Positions 13,180-25,440 of a stretch of 64,000 nt of DNA are shown piece by piece. This DNA is from Octopus sinensis. Taxonomy: Eukaryota. A program made the translations under genes and the position numbers. The stretch spans positions 26,288,001-26,352,000 of the forward strand of contig NC_043017.1 in assembly GCF_006345805.1 (NCBI RefSeq), written 5' to 3'. Every line of letters starts with the position of its first letter. Position 1 is the stretch's first letter. The notes beneath the pieces were generated by a model, which did not search any database, was not told the DNA's origin, and was given only the letters and a program-made list of their open reading frames with translations.

Positions 13180-14053
13180 CACACCACACACACATATATA
13201 ATATATATATACATATTCTATTATACTTTTACTTGTTTTAGTCATTTAGGTCGGCCATGGTGGAGCATCGCCTTCAAATCGACACCTGGTGTTCTTTTTA
13301 AGTCTAGTACTTATTCCAATGTGTGCGTGAGTCTGTGTGTAAGTATGTGTGTGTGTACACGACCATATAGTGAAACTCCTTATCACCTAAGTCTCAAGAA
13401 AGCCACTCAATAATCCTATATACACACAGACCGTTTTAAAACCGTACCCCATTCTACGTATAAACGTATTTCTTCTAGAGAAGGCGAACGATTGACTTCT
13501 TGAACAAATCCTATTTCCACTTCTCCTTCGAATGTAGAACTTTATTCCAGTTTCTTCTAGCAAATTCAGTTCAGCAATAAGTTTCCGAGCTAAATGTGTC
13601 AATTACGTAATGAAAAAGTGAGAAAATTTCATTGAATAACTAGGTAGCAGCATAAAATCACCCAATAGGCATTCCATGCTCCGTTTGCAAAACGTATAAT
13701 ACATAACTTCTTATTCCAGTCCTTTCTGTACCAAATTTAATTATCACACAAGAAGCAAACTTATTTACTATATACTGAACATGTATATCAACCGTCATCG
13801 TATCGGAATTTCTAATTTCGATATGGGACAACGTGCATTTGATACATTGATTAATATACTTTATTGATCATTTATTCTCTACTTTCTGTTATCCATACGA
13901 GCTTTGCACTCCGCTAGGCGATAGGCAAAAATTTTCATTACAGCTATATATATAAAATTAAATATTAAGGGTAGAAATTGATATTAATCAATTAAAACCA
14001 GTGGCTTAGCATATTTAAAAAAACTCCCAGGATTAAACATTTTGTTACATGCA

Positions 14054-14320
14054 AAATCTAGAGGAATGACCACTAAAGTGGACATCCTATATGCTCTAAA
14101 CATAAACGTCAAATTGCCATTACTACGAAGAATGTGTTCTCAAGAAAAACCTCAGCAAAAAACCAAAATGTAAAAATATTTTCATTTGTCTTGCTTATTT
14201 TTACATTTTGCTTTTTTGCTGAGATTTTTGTTGAGAACACATTCTTCGTGGTAATGGCAATTTGACGTCTATGTTTAGCATATGAGGTGTCCACTTTTGT
14301 GGTTATTCCTCTAAAATTTC
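14054..14320. repeat. Long imperfect inverted repeat (~120-bp arms)
   Basis: TAGAGGAATGACCAC..GTCAAATTGCCATTAC..GAAGAATGTGTTCTCAA..AAAATGTAAAAATA is mirrored after a ~15-nt spacer. Confidence 0.85.
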
Positions 14321-14442
14321 TACATACATACATGCATGCATACATACATATACATATACACATACACACATATATACATACACACACACACACGCACGCA
14401 CACACACACACACACATACATACATACATATATATATATATA

Positions 14443-14670
14443 TTATAAAAAAAAGGAATGAAGAAGAAAATGCTGACAAATAATTGAAGTAATTTAGTAA
14501 TTTAATTAGGTGAAAGTTCTTTTTACCGTTTGCGCATTTGTTATGCTTATCAAAAAATATTTTTTGATACGCATAACAATGCGCAACCGGTAAAAATAAC
14601 TTTCACCTAATTAAATTACTTAAATTACTTCAATTATTTGTCACATTTTCTCATTTCCTTTTTTATATAT
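14443..14670. repeat. Palindrome (~110-bp arms) with degenerate hammerhead-like motif at its centre
   Basis: Centre AAAAAATATTTTTT; right arm TTGATAC-GCAT-aaca-ATGC-GCAA-CCGG-TA-AAAATA. Confidence 0.8.
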
Positions 14671-14725
14671 CACCACTCGTGTTCGACATCTCCTTTTTTT
14701 AAATTGTATAATATAGATATATATA

Positions 14726-14775
<50 letters not shown>

Positions 14776-15798
14776 TATATCTATCCTCTATAGTCCTATA
14801 TTTCCATTCTTGAACTCAAACCAATTATAATCTTTTTGTATTTCATTGATCTCTAATTGTCTCTCAATCATAACGTCCTGCTCTCACAAACTTACGTTTG
14901 ATATCTATACACTTCCGTTTATATTTCCCATTCAGCCCTCATTACATTTACTGTATCCTCTTTGCTACTCGTAGACCCTATATTCTCTCTCTGTCTCCCT
15001 TTCTCTTCCAGTTTGCTCTTTCTACAACTTCAGGAGCTCAATAATATTTTCCTCAATTTGAATTTCTATCTGATTACCTTGCAATTAAAATTCTGATTCG
15101 ATTCCTGCGTGGTAGAAATCGAATACGCTGAAATAGTATTAGTACATTCCTATTTCAACCCTATTATATCAACCTGTATTCTTCTCTCTCTCTCTCTCTC
15201 TCAATTATCCCTCTGTCTGTCCGTCTGTCTGTCTTTCTTTCTCAGTTCATTCCACGTAGTTCCACTTAATCTTGGTTTTTCGCTTCCTTTATAACAACCC
15301 TCAACTTATTATTCACACTTACGTTCCTATCAAATTGGTTTTAACTCATACCTAATTACAGTTTTTCACAAACGTTAATTTTACCTTATTGTGTTTCTGC
15401 GAATTACAGAAAATATTTGGTGCAAAGTCTCTCATTCCGGCTTTCTCCTCTCTTCATTTGCCTCTCAATTTCAATATCGTTTCTATCCATTATTTTCATG
15501 AAAGTGTACAGACAATTGCAGCTTGCAGTTTTTCCGATGTCTGAGTCATTGATTCGAGAAAATTAGAATTTTTACCTTTGGAGAGGATACATGATAAATT
15601 TGCGCTGTACATTTTACTCGCGGGAAAATACAATTTCAAAATTGAAAGCTACTGGAGCGTTTGAAATCTTTCCAATGCAAGAATAATTGAGACACCAAGT
15701 TTCAGTGTCATACGTTGCTTGTCGAAATGTAAGAACGTTCTTTGATAAAGTGGTGCCAACTGAAATGCTAGAAATAGCAGTCAAGTGTCCCGCAATAT

Positions 15799-16230
15799 GT
15801 ACTCTCTTTCTACTCCTTTAATTGTTTCAGTCATTTGACTGTGGCCATGCTGGAGCACCGCTTTTAGTCGAGCAAATCGACACCAGATCTTATTCTTTGT
15901 AAGTTGTACGTATTCTATCGGTCTATTTTCCAGAACTTCTAAGTTAAGGGGATGTAAACACACCATCGTCGGTTGTCAAGCGATGTTGGGGAAACAAACA
16001 CAGACACACGAACATACACACACCCACGCAAACATGCACACACACACACACATATATATACATATATACGTCGGGCTTTTTCAGTTTCTGTCTACCAATT
16101 CCACTCAAAAGGTTTATCGGCTCGAGGCTATAGTAGAAGACACCCGCCCAAGATGCTACACAGTTGGACTGAACTCGCAACCATGCGGTTCGTAAGCAAG
16201 CTACTTACCACACAGGCAATCCTACGTCTA
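15799..16230 (-). mobile_element. SINE family A (diverged)
   Basis: Family A consensus on the minus strand. Confidence 0.85.
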
Positions 16231-16258
16231 TGTGAGTCAGAGGATTAAACTAAAATGA

Positions 16259-16440
16259 ATTGTTCTATATTTAAGAGAGGAGGAATTATGTACAATATTT
16301 ACATTATTTACATTTAAACGGATATTTGTCCTCAGCTTCTTTGTTGTTAACACAACGTTTCGGCTGATATACCCTCAAGCCTTCATCAGGTGTTGTTGGC
16401 AATTTCGAACTTGGGTTCTTATTACTCAGTTATTTTTCCA

Positions 16441-16485
<45 letters not shown>

Positions 16486-16568
16486 GAAGATTATACAGGT
16501 CTCTGCCTGGAATCGAACTCCGAAACTTTGGGTTAGTAGCCTGTGTTCTTAACCACAGCGCCATATGC
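16259..16568 (-). mobile_element. tRNA head - (AAT)n - hammerhead tail element, best-preserved copy
   Basis: Minus strand: A box TGGCGCTGTGG, B box GAGTTCGATTCC, (AAT)n linker, then hammerhead at 16349-16394. Confidence 0.8.
16349..16394 (-). ncRNA. Minimal type I hammerhead ribozyme
   Basis: AACAC-CUGAUGA-A-GGCU-ugaggguauauc-AGCC-GAAA-CG-UU-GUGUU: 5-bp stem I, 4-bp stem II, palindromic ACGU stem III, GUU cleavage triplet. Confidence 0.7.
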
Positions 16569-16617
16569 GATGTACATTTTACACGCGGGAAAAACGATTT
16601 CAAAATTGCAAGCCACT

Positions 16618-16695
16618 GCCCACGGGTATATGGTGTAGTGGTTAAGAGCGCGGACTCCTAACCCAAGATTTTGAATTCGATTCCAGGCAGTGACT

Positions 16696-16739
<44 letters not shown>

Positions 16740-16911
16740 CACAACAACAACAACAACGATATAATGATGATAATAATAATAATGAAATAATAAAAAAAAA
16801 AATAATATAATCATAATAATAATTAATAATAATAATTATTATTTTATTATAATAATCATAAAATAATAACACTCACAACAACGATAATAATGATATAATA
16901 TAATAATAATG

Positions 16912-16942
<31 letters not shown>

Positions 16943-17390
16943 ATAATAATAATAATATAATAATAATTATTATTATTATTTAATCATAAAATAATAACAA
17001 CACACAACACGATAATAATGATGATAATAATAATAATGATAATAATAATAATAAAATAATATATCATAATAATAATAATAATAATAATAATTATTATTAT
17101 TATTATTATAATCATAAAATATAACAACATCAACAACAACGATAATAATGATGATAATAATAATAATAATGATAATAATAATAATAATAAAATAATAATA
17201 ATCATAAACATAATATAATAATAATTATTATTATTATTATTATAATCATAAAAATAATAACAACATCAACAACATCGAAAAATACCTTAGGAATGAGAAC
17301 CCAAGTTCAAAATTTCCCGAAGACACCTGATGAAACCTGGATGAGAGCAAATATCAGTCAAATGTAAATAATGTAAATAATGTTAAATAA
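16618..17390 (+). mobile_element. tRNA head - expanded (AAT)n - tail element (hammerhead partly deleted)
   Basis: TATGGTGTAGTGGTTAAGAGCGCGG..TTCGATTCCAGGCAGTGAC, ~570 bp of AAT-rich array, then AATACCTTAGGAATGAGAACCC..GACACCTGATGAA. Confidence 0.8.
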
Positions 17391-17399
17391 AAAAAAGCT

Positions 17400-17760
17400 T
17401 GTTCCTACGCAGCTAAGGTCTGGAAAACTCTACGTATTTCATCAGCTGTGCCTCTAGGCAGCAAGACTAAGACGAGTACAATTGTATGCAAGAATAAGGC
17501 ACGTGCGTACAACGGATGAGGATTGCTGGAAACGTACTAAAACTGCCAAAACAGGCATGGGATAAATGCCACTGGAAGGTAAGAGAAAAAGAGGCCGTCG
17601 GAAGAAGACATGGGGGTAGGACCTTCGAAGAAGACCTAAAAAAAATGAACATACCTGGGAAGAAGCATATCGGTTGGCCTGAGGCGGAGACAATTGGTGG
17701 TAACAGAAATGCTCGATGTGCCGCGGAGACACAAACGGACCTTGGAAGAAAGAAGAAAAA
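17400..17760 (+). mobile_element. RTE-clade LINE 3' fragment (degenerate)
   Basis: Frameshifted RMRIAGNVLKL..GKRKRGRRKKTWG..FEEDLKKMNI.WEEA..ARCAA, typical of the RTE ORF C-terminus. Confidence 0.65.
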
Positions 17761-17802
17761 AATATCTACACTGAATGAGTTTTGTCAGTTATAATATTTT
17801 AT

Positions 17803-18470
17803 TTCTTTACTTGTTACAGTCATTAGATTGCGGCCATGCTGGGGCACCGCTTTGAAGAAGTTTTTGTCGAATAAATCGATTCCAGTACTTATTTTTTGTT
17901 ACGTCAAGCACTAACCCTATCGGCCAATTTTGCCAACTCCTTAGTTACGGGAGAGCAATCAGTCAAACTTCGGTTGTCAAGACGGGTGTGTGTGTACCAA
18001 AGCGGACAGAATGGCACATACATGAACAAACACACAGACACAATACAGACACACACATATCCATACATACATGCATACATATATACATACATACATACAT
18101 ACATGCATACATACGTACATACATACATACATGCATACATACATACATACATGCATACATACATACATGCATACATACGTACATACATACAGACAACATA
18201 CATACATCATACACAGACATCATGCATACATACATGCATACATACATACATGCATACATGCATGCATACATACGTACATACATACATACATATATACATA
18301 CATACATATATACATACAGCTGGCTTCATCCAGCTTTCGTCTACCAAATCCACACACAACGCTTTGGTCAGCCTTTTGCTCTTGTAGAAGACACCTGCCC
18401 AAGGTTCCACACAGTGGGACTGAACCCGAAACCATGCAGCTGAGAAGCATGCTTTTTACCAGACAGCGTT
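17803..18470 (-). mobile_element. SINE family A with expanded internal (CATA)n
   Basis: Family A 3' and 5' halves separated by ~290 bp of CATA/CATG repeats. Confidence 0.8.
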
Positions 18471-19321
18471 TATAAGGAACAATGTATTTAACAACAAAAA
18501 TATTATTGTTAAATTATTCAATTACGAAAAACAAATTACTAAAAACAAACTTCATTTTTTTAATGATTATAACACATTTCTATTTAAGATCATGAAGATG
18601 TGAGATTATCATCGTAAATTACAATTCCACAACAACATAATAAAACGTTTTTATTAATTTTTCTAAATTGTGTAATAAATGTAAAGATTCCTGTCACAAA
18701 CCCAGACACACACATACACACTCAAATTCATATACATGTCGCATTCGGGGCTCTGTGCTGTAATATTTTTTTCCCAGTCATATGGTTCGGAGATATATCC
18801 CAATGCGATGCATCTTGGGCAAATAGATGTGACTGCATTCGTTAGATTTCACCAAGGACCCACGCAGTGTGATAGGTATGGACAGTTCTCACCACAGAGA
18901 CGACAGATAGAAAAAGTGCATATAAAAATGCAAGGAAATACCTGGGTTAGCATTGAATGCGAAAAACTTGGCTAAAAGAATTGGAAGCGAGGAATAAAAA
19001 GGAGTCTGCGATCATTTAATCTGCTGGACTATCCACTGCGTGCCGTAAATCCTAAGAAATTCAATCATCTATGAGTTGGCGACATTATCGGAGATTATCA
19101 TATATGGTAAGTGAAAGACGGGAAATGGAATATACGAGAATTTATTATTAATTACGATAATTATTTCGACACATCTAGCATCGATCCCTCTCGGGCACTC
19201 AACAACTGGTTAAGGAGCACCCCGTCTTTCATGTACCATATGCATAACGATCCCTGCAAAAGGGCGAAAGAGACCAAGCTTTACCAGCAAGCTACAAAGT
19301 CTAAACCATTCGTTTTACTAT

Positions 19322-19394
<73 letters not shown>

Positions 19395-19395
<1 letters not shown>

Positions 19396-19540
19396 CCAAA
19401 TATCAAAGCACAGGGAAAACACAACAACGCGATGACGTGGAACAAGTATAGTATTATCGGACGCTTAGGAAAGGAAAGAAACAGGATTTAACGTTTCAAG
19501 CGGAGCTCTTCCTCAGAAACATAGAAAATGGAAAGACCCA
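19395..19540 (-). mobile_element. (TA)n-tailed hammerhead element (GAGC-TCC-GCTC subfamily)
   Basis: Minus strand GTTT-CTGAGGA-A-GAGC-tcc-GCTT-GAAACGTT-AAAT; homologous to 52890-53095. Confidence 0.7.
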
Positions 19541-19709
19541 GTGTGTGTGTATGTGTGTATGTATATTCAGACAGAGAACCACAGAGAGGGGAAGAGAGAG
19601 GGAGAGAGAGGGAGAGGCAGGCTAACGAGAGAAAGGTAACAACGTATTTGAATATAGACACGCAAACTCACACTCGCATTTATTCATCCATGTATCACAC
19701 TCGCTGTCT

Positions 19710-19840
19710 GTACACACACACACACACACATAAACACACACACACACACAAACACACACACAAACACACACACACACACACACAAAAAACACAACACACA
19801 CAAAAACACACACACACACACACACAAAACACACCACACA

Positions 19841-19874
<34 letters not shown>

Positions 19875-19993
19875 AACACACACACACACACAAACACACA
19901 CAAACACACAAAAACCACACACACACAAACACACACAAACACACACACAAACACACACACACACACATAAACACACACACACAAACACACAAA

Positions 19994-20024
<31 letters not shown>

Positions 20025-20225
20025 AACACACACACACACACACAAACACACATAAACACACACACATAAACACACAAACACACAAAAACACACACACATA
20101 AACACACACACAGAAACACACACACAAACACACAAACACACACAAACACACACACACACACACAAACACACAAAAACACACACACACCATAAACACACAC
20201 ACGTACAGACACACACACACACACA
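19710..20225. repeat. Imperfect (CA)n/(CACAAA)n array
   Basis: Directly visible. Confidence 0.95.
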
Positions 20226-20601
20226 TATACCTGTACTCAATTCATTGATTACTTCACGTGGCGTAATTTTTCCGCTCTTCCTAAATGAAGGGGATGGTAC
20301 GTAACTTTTATGATTCATAGGTTTATTTATTTTCTGCACAAATAAAACAGAGTAAAAGGAAGTGCACAACACTCTTTAATGGAATGGATACCAAACACCA
20401 GTAAACAAACAATGTCTTGTAAACAATGGAATCGGTTAATATAAGTAAGTGTCTCTGTCTGGTTAACAATTCGTTTGTCTTTTACACAATATGGCAATGA
20501 ACGTATAAGGAATATATGCGTGTATATGTATGTACGTATCTCTCCCTCTCTCTCTCTCTCATTCATTCTACATATATTATATATATATTGCATATATATG
20601 C

Positions 20602-20642
<41 letters not shown>

Positions 20643-20830
20643 TATATACCTATGTATGCATATATGTATATGTATGTATGTGTATATATGTACATTGATA
20701 TACACAAATATATACGCAAAATAGCACGAATGTGTATGTATATTTATATACATATGCATATATATATACACATTTCTATATATGGACATACATACATAAG
20801 TATATATGTACATATGTATATATTTATATT

Positions 20831-20883
<53 letters not shown>

Positions 20884-21475
20884 CATACATATATATATAT
20901 ATATATACATTCATACACACAGATATATATATTTATTTCGGTAATATATATATATGTGTATATTTTTGATTATCAAATGCATTATCGTCTTCAATAATGG
21001 TAGCAGTCCAAAGGCTATAGACGATGTATTGGTTCTCTTGATTGCATCGTGTGTCTTTTTTTTCTCTAAAATCTACCAATGAAGTTAGGTACTTAAATAT
21101 AGATTATTGGTAATGTTTGTCTTCAGCTTATTTGTCTGCTGATAGCAACTCTTACTTCAATAGCAAGAAACGGAATTTTTGTGCGTAATAATAATTTTGA
21201 GCGCCACCTTAGGCAATCCGCGATTGGTCAAAATTCGCATAAGATTAGAAGAGAATACAGAATTTTAAACTTATTTTGTCATCTTTAAGTAATCATTTCC
21301 AAAACGTTTAAATAATTAAGTAAATGCTATTTCATACTTCCTTTCCATATTTATGAATATTCGCCATTTTTGGTATTTTGAGTGTTATAGCAAAAATGTT
21401 TCGTCTTTATAAAATTCAATACAACTCACTAAGAAGAGCAGATCTCTGCTGGGCGCATGGAATATTGTTGAATAT

Positions 21476-21745
21476 AGGCGCAGGCGTGGTTGCGTGTTAA
21501 GAAGCTTGATTCCCAACCACATGGTTCCGGGTTCATTCCAACTTCGTGGAAACTTGCTTGAGTGTCTTTTACTATAGTCTCTGGCAGACAAAAGCTGGGT
21601 GAGAGGATTAGGTAGACGGAAACTGAAAGAAGACGTTTGGTCAAAGAACTGAATAGAATAAGTCCTGGGAACGATTAGTTCGACTAAAAGTCGGTGCTCC
21701 AGCTTGGCTGCTGTCAAATCACTGAAACATTAGAAAACTAAAAAC
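21476..21745 (+). mobile_element. SINE family A, internally deleted
   Basis: Head and tail joined; middle microsatellite segment missing. Confidence 0.8.
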
Positions 21746-22759
21746 AAGAATATTGTGTACGACGTGAGACATCATTGCGCCATTCACGCAAGCACTAAGT
21801 TTTTCTGCATCTGGTATAACTTAGGTGAACCCTGAAGATTCTAAGGTAAATTCAAATCTCCTAGATCTTTAGATTAAAGCTATATTCAACTATGGAATTT
21901 GGAAATGTTGGGGAATTTACGGTTAAGAAGAGAGTATGCGGGCTTAGGCATAAGAAAACTCTTTTTAAACTACTTATTCCTACTAGCGGGACCTGTGAAT
22001 ATTTCAAAGAATTAAAGGTAAACCTAATGGGTTTTTTCGCCAAACTTTATCCAGAAAACATGAAAGCGTACCTTCTGTTGTGTCTGTATTCCTCATACGC
22101 TAATCCTCTCTCTCCCCTCTTTCTTTCCTTCTTTTTTCTAACTCTTCCCTCTCTATCTGCATTTCATTAATCTCACCATCATAACATCACCCCTCGGCTA
22201 AAATCATCACGTTCCCCCGACTTCACGCCATGTACCCTTCTCTCTCACACTCATCTCTCTCTCTGTCTTTTCTATGCCTCACTTCTTTATTTCTCCCTCT
22301 TTCTGTGTCACTCTCCACCTCATCCTCTTTTTCTCTCTTTCCTTCCTCCTCGTCTCCTTCTCCTCAACTAATCACATAAATGTGTTACAATAACAATCAT
22401 TCTACCTCGTGTCAGGGACGCTTCCCTTTTTTTTTTTCTCTTTCCCTCTTTTTTCTCCCTCTCATTCTCTAATCACGTGAAAGCGTTACCGACGGCCTAA
22501 GTCACGCAATTGCAAGCAGAACTGTTATAAGATTAGTAACTGCCATTACAGAGTTACACACCATATCGCTTCGCGCAAAATATTCATCAAGCTGATATTT
22601 CACATTTTTTTTCTTTTCATCACAGATACATCCAATAATATCCCTACTCAGAAAGGAGTACAATGATTCATTGAAATATTTGGTATTACATAAATTATCC
22701 GTCTCATCCAGAATCTTTGGTATATATAGATATTCTTTTATTTTTATTATTTTTTTTTT

Positions 22760-23330
22760 GGCTTCCAACTTTAGAGCAGTCAACATTTCATTGCTCGTGT
22801 GAGAAACCTCACTCTTCCAGTTCTACCACTGGCTGCAAGACGGCAAGCTGGCAGAAACGTTAGCACGCCGGGCGAAATGCGTGGCCGTATTTCGTCTGCC
22901 GTTACGTTCTGAGTTCAAATTACGCCGAGGTCGACTTTGCCTTTCGTCCTTTCGGGGTCGATAAATTAAGTACCAGCTGCGCACCGATATAATCGACTTA
23001 ATCCCTTTGTCTGTCCTTGTTTATCCTCTCTGTGTTTAGCCCCATTGTGAGTAGTATAGAAATATCTATTAAGTAAAGAAAAACAGTTCTACCACTGGCA
23101 ATGTTTGACCCTCGGATTGTTTGATAGACATTGCGAAGCTGATACGAATAAGAATTTGCACCTTTTTAAAAGAAAAAAAAGGAATTTCTGCTCCCGATCG
23201 AATGCTCCCACATCCAAAGAGAATGATGGACGGTGGCCTCGATAACATGTGGGACTTTCTTTACCACCAGGCGTGTCCCGTTGCACAGTGATGGTGGATC
23301 CAAATTCCTCCATCCCATTACCGGCCTTCT
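22760..23330 (-). pseudogene. Helitron Pif1-like helicase C-terminal relic, interrupted by SINE C
   Basis: Minus strand RNLDPPSLCNGTRLVVKK..HVIEAT, FKKVQILIRISFAMSIKQSEGQTL, FSHEQ*NVDCSKVGS match the Helitron motifs LCNGTRL, FAMTINKSQGQTL and FSHGQLYVACSRV. Confidence 0.85.
22836..23083 (+). mobile_element. SINE family C with 16-bp target-site duplication
   Basis: Flanked by CAGTTCTACCACTGGC at 22818-22833 and 23084-23099. Confidence 0.9.
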
Positions 23331-24404
23331 TAAATAAAGCTTTGCCTTCTTACTTCTTAATTATGTTCGTTAACCATTTTGCAATGGGATATTGTAGGCG
23401 TTCTTTAACATGCCTGCACTTAAATTCAGTCAAAACAAATAACAATATGGAAGAGATAGATTCTACTACTAGCATATGTTTGCAATCAAAATGAAGGAGA
23501 AGAATAGTGAGTTAATAGACCATGCGCATAAGCTAGGATTGTTGATACAACAAGAAGCTATTATCACCTACGGTAGGAAAGTCTTATGTCTTCTAACATG
23601 CTGGTATAGACATTTCACTGACGTTGATATGTGAAACGACTCTGTATTGAATTTGAGCGTAGCTTTCACTGGGAATCAATAAGAAAGAGTGAAGGATTAT
23701 TGGCTTTTGTAGGTTTAATGATGTCTAAATCCGGCCCCGCCGCGTATTCTATCCGTCAGGCAATACGATTATGTCAAACTATAATTTGTCCTGAAGCTAA
23801 AACTAAAAAAGTAAAAATTAAACAAAGTTTGCAGCGAAGCAGCCAAGACTTAAAGAAATAAAAGCATGATTACAGGTTTGACTAGAAAATAAACTAACAT
23901 ATTGAATTTGAAAGTGAAAGAATCAATATTCGGGCGCTGGTTTGGCCACAAATGTATTTACGTAGGTCGATGAAACAGCAATGCTAAATCCGTGCAATTA
24001 GAACAAGAACAGGAAATCAAAATACTATGCAACCGGTACATAACAGAAGAAAGATTATCTTCTGACTAAACGTATAATCAAACTTTGAAAATTTCCAGTA
24101 TGATAAGTCGTTAAACTAGAAACTGATGCGACGTATGGTTATATGTAATCACCATCCTGTGAAAGCAAAGTATGGATTGTGGCAACGTTGGTTCTGTGAT
24201 TAAAAAGTTCGCTTTCCACTCTCGTAACATTCATCTGTGCAACTAGGTGTCATGATTATGGTAACATTTAGTAAAGCCTTGAATTTGTTTAATAAAATTC
24301 GCTTCTCAATGTATCTGGTAGGCAGAAAATATGGAAGGCATTCAAACATGAGCATGTGTGTATGTGTTTTTATTTATATATATATATATATATATATAGT
24401 ATAT

Positions 24405-24648
24405 AGGCGCAGGAGTGGCTGTGTGGAAAGTATCTTGCTTACCACGACATGGTTCCCGGTTCAGTCTCACGTGGCACCTTGTACAATTGGTCTTCTGATA
24501 TAGCCTTGGGCCGACCAAGCCTGTGAGTGGATAGACTGAAACTGAAAGAAGCCCACCGTATATATCTATATATATAGATATTATATATATATATATATAT
24601 ATATATCTGTGTGTTGTGTGTATACGTATACATATATGTGTGTGTTAC

Positions 24649-24702
<54 letters not shown>

Positions 24703-24887
24703 ATATATTTGTGTTTTGTGTCTGAGGTTGTTCCCCCAACATCGCTTGAAATCCTTTACTGATATGTTTGCTTCCCCGTAACTTAGCGATTCGGCAAAAG
24801 AGAACCGATAGAATAAGTACTAGGCTTACAAAGAATAACTCCTGGTGTTGATTTGCTGAAACAAGTAAAAGAGCACAGATTAAAGAG

Positions 24888-24888
<1 letters not shown>
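24405..24888 (+). mobile_element. SINE family A
   Basis: Family A consensus with long internal (TA)n. Confidence 0.85.
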
Positions 24889-24919
<31 letters not shown>

Positions 24920-24927
24920 ATATATAT

Positions 24928-25001
<74 letters not shown>

Positions 25002-25217
25002 TATCAGAATAATCAACAAGTATATCCGAGGTAATGTGGTACAATCGTTTCATGGTACTTCATTTTATTAAACACTGTAACTATTACATCTGTTTTAAAA
25101 TGTCGACCACGGAGTTATGTAAAATATCTAAGTATTTACCAACATAATTAAGAAGTAAGAGGACAAAGCTTTATTTTAGAAGGAGGTTGATATAAAACAC
25201 AATAGGCCCTGTCGATT

Positions 25218-25439
25218 TATGAGGGGGTGCTGAAAAGTCCCTGGGGTTGGCTAAACGAAAGTACAGGGGGATTAGTTAATTATGATTTTATTCAACAAGT
25301 TTTCATCTCAAATTCACACATTTATTGCTACGGCCCAACATTTTCTCGAAGGTCTTTAAAAGAACTGGGAAGTTTGGGCCTCTATTCAGGCATTTCGCAA
25401 CACCACTAAAACCAGGAATTTTTTAAGCGCCATCTCCTA
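25218..25439. mobile_element. Mariner-type MITE (degenerate)
   Basis: TATGAGGGGGTGCTGAAAAGTCCCTGG ... CCAGGAATTTTTTAAGCGCCATCTCCTA imperfect TIRs ending in TA. Confidence 0.55.
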
Positions 25440-25440
25440 T

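Noticed and set aside
16618-16700. Possible genuine tRNA gene (also the SINE A and B heads)
   Set aside because: A/B boxes are present but the cloverleaf is imperfect, copies are diverged, and each continues into a repeat body.
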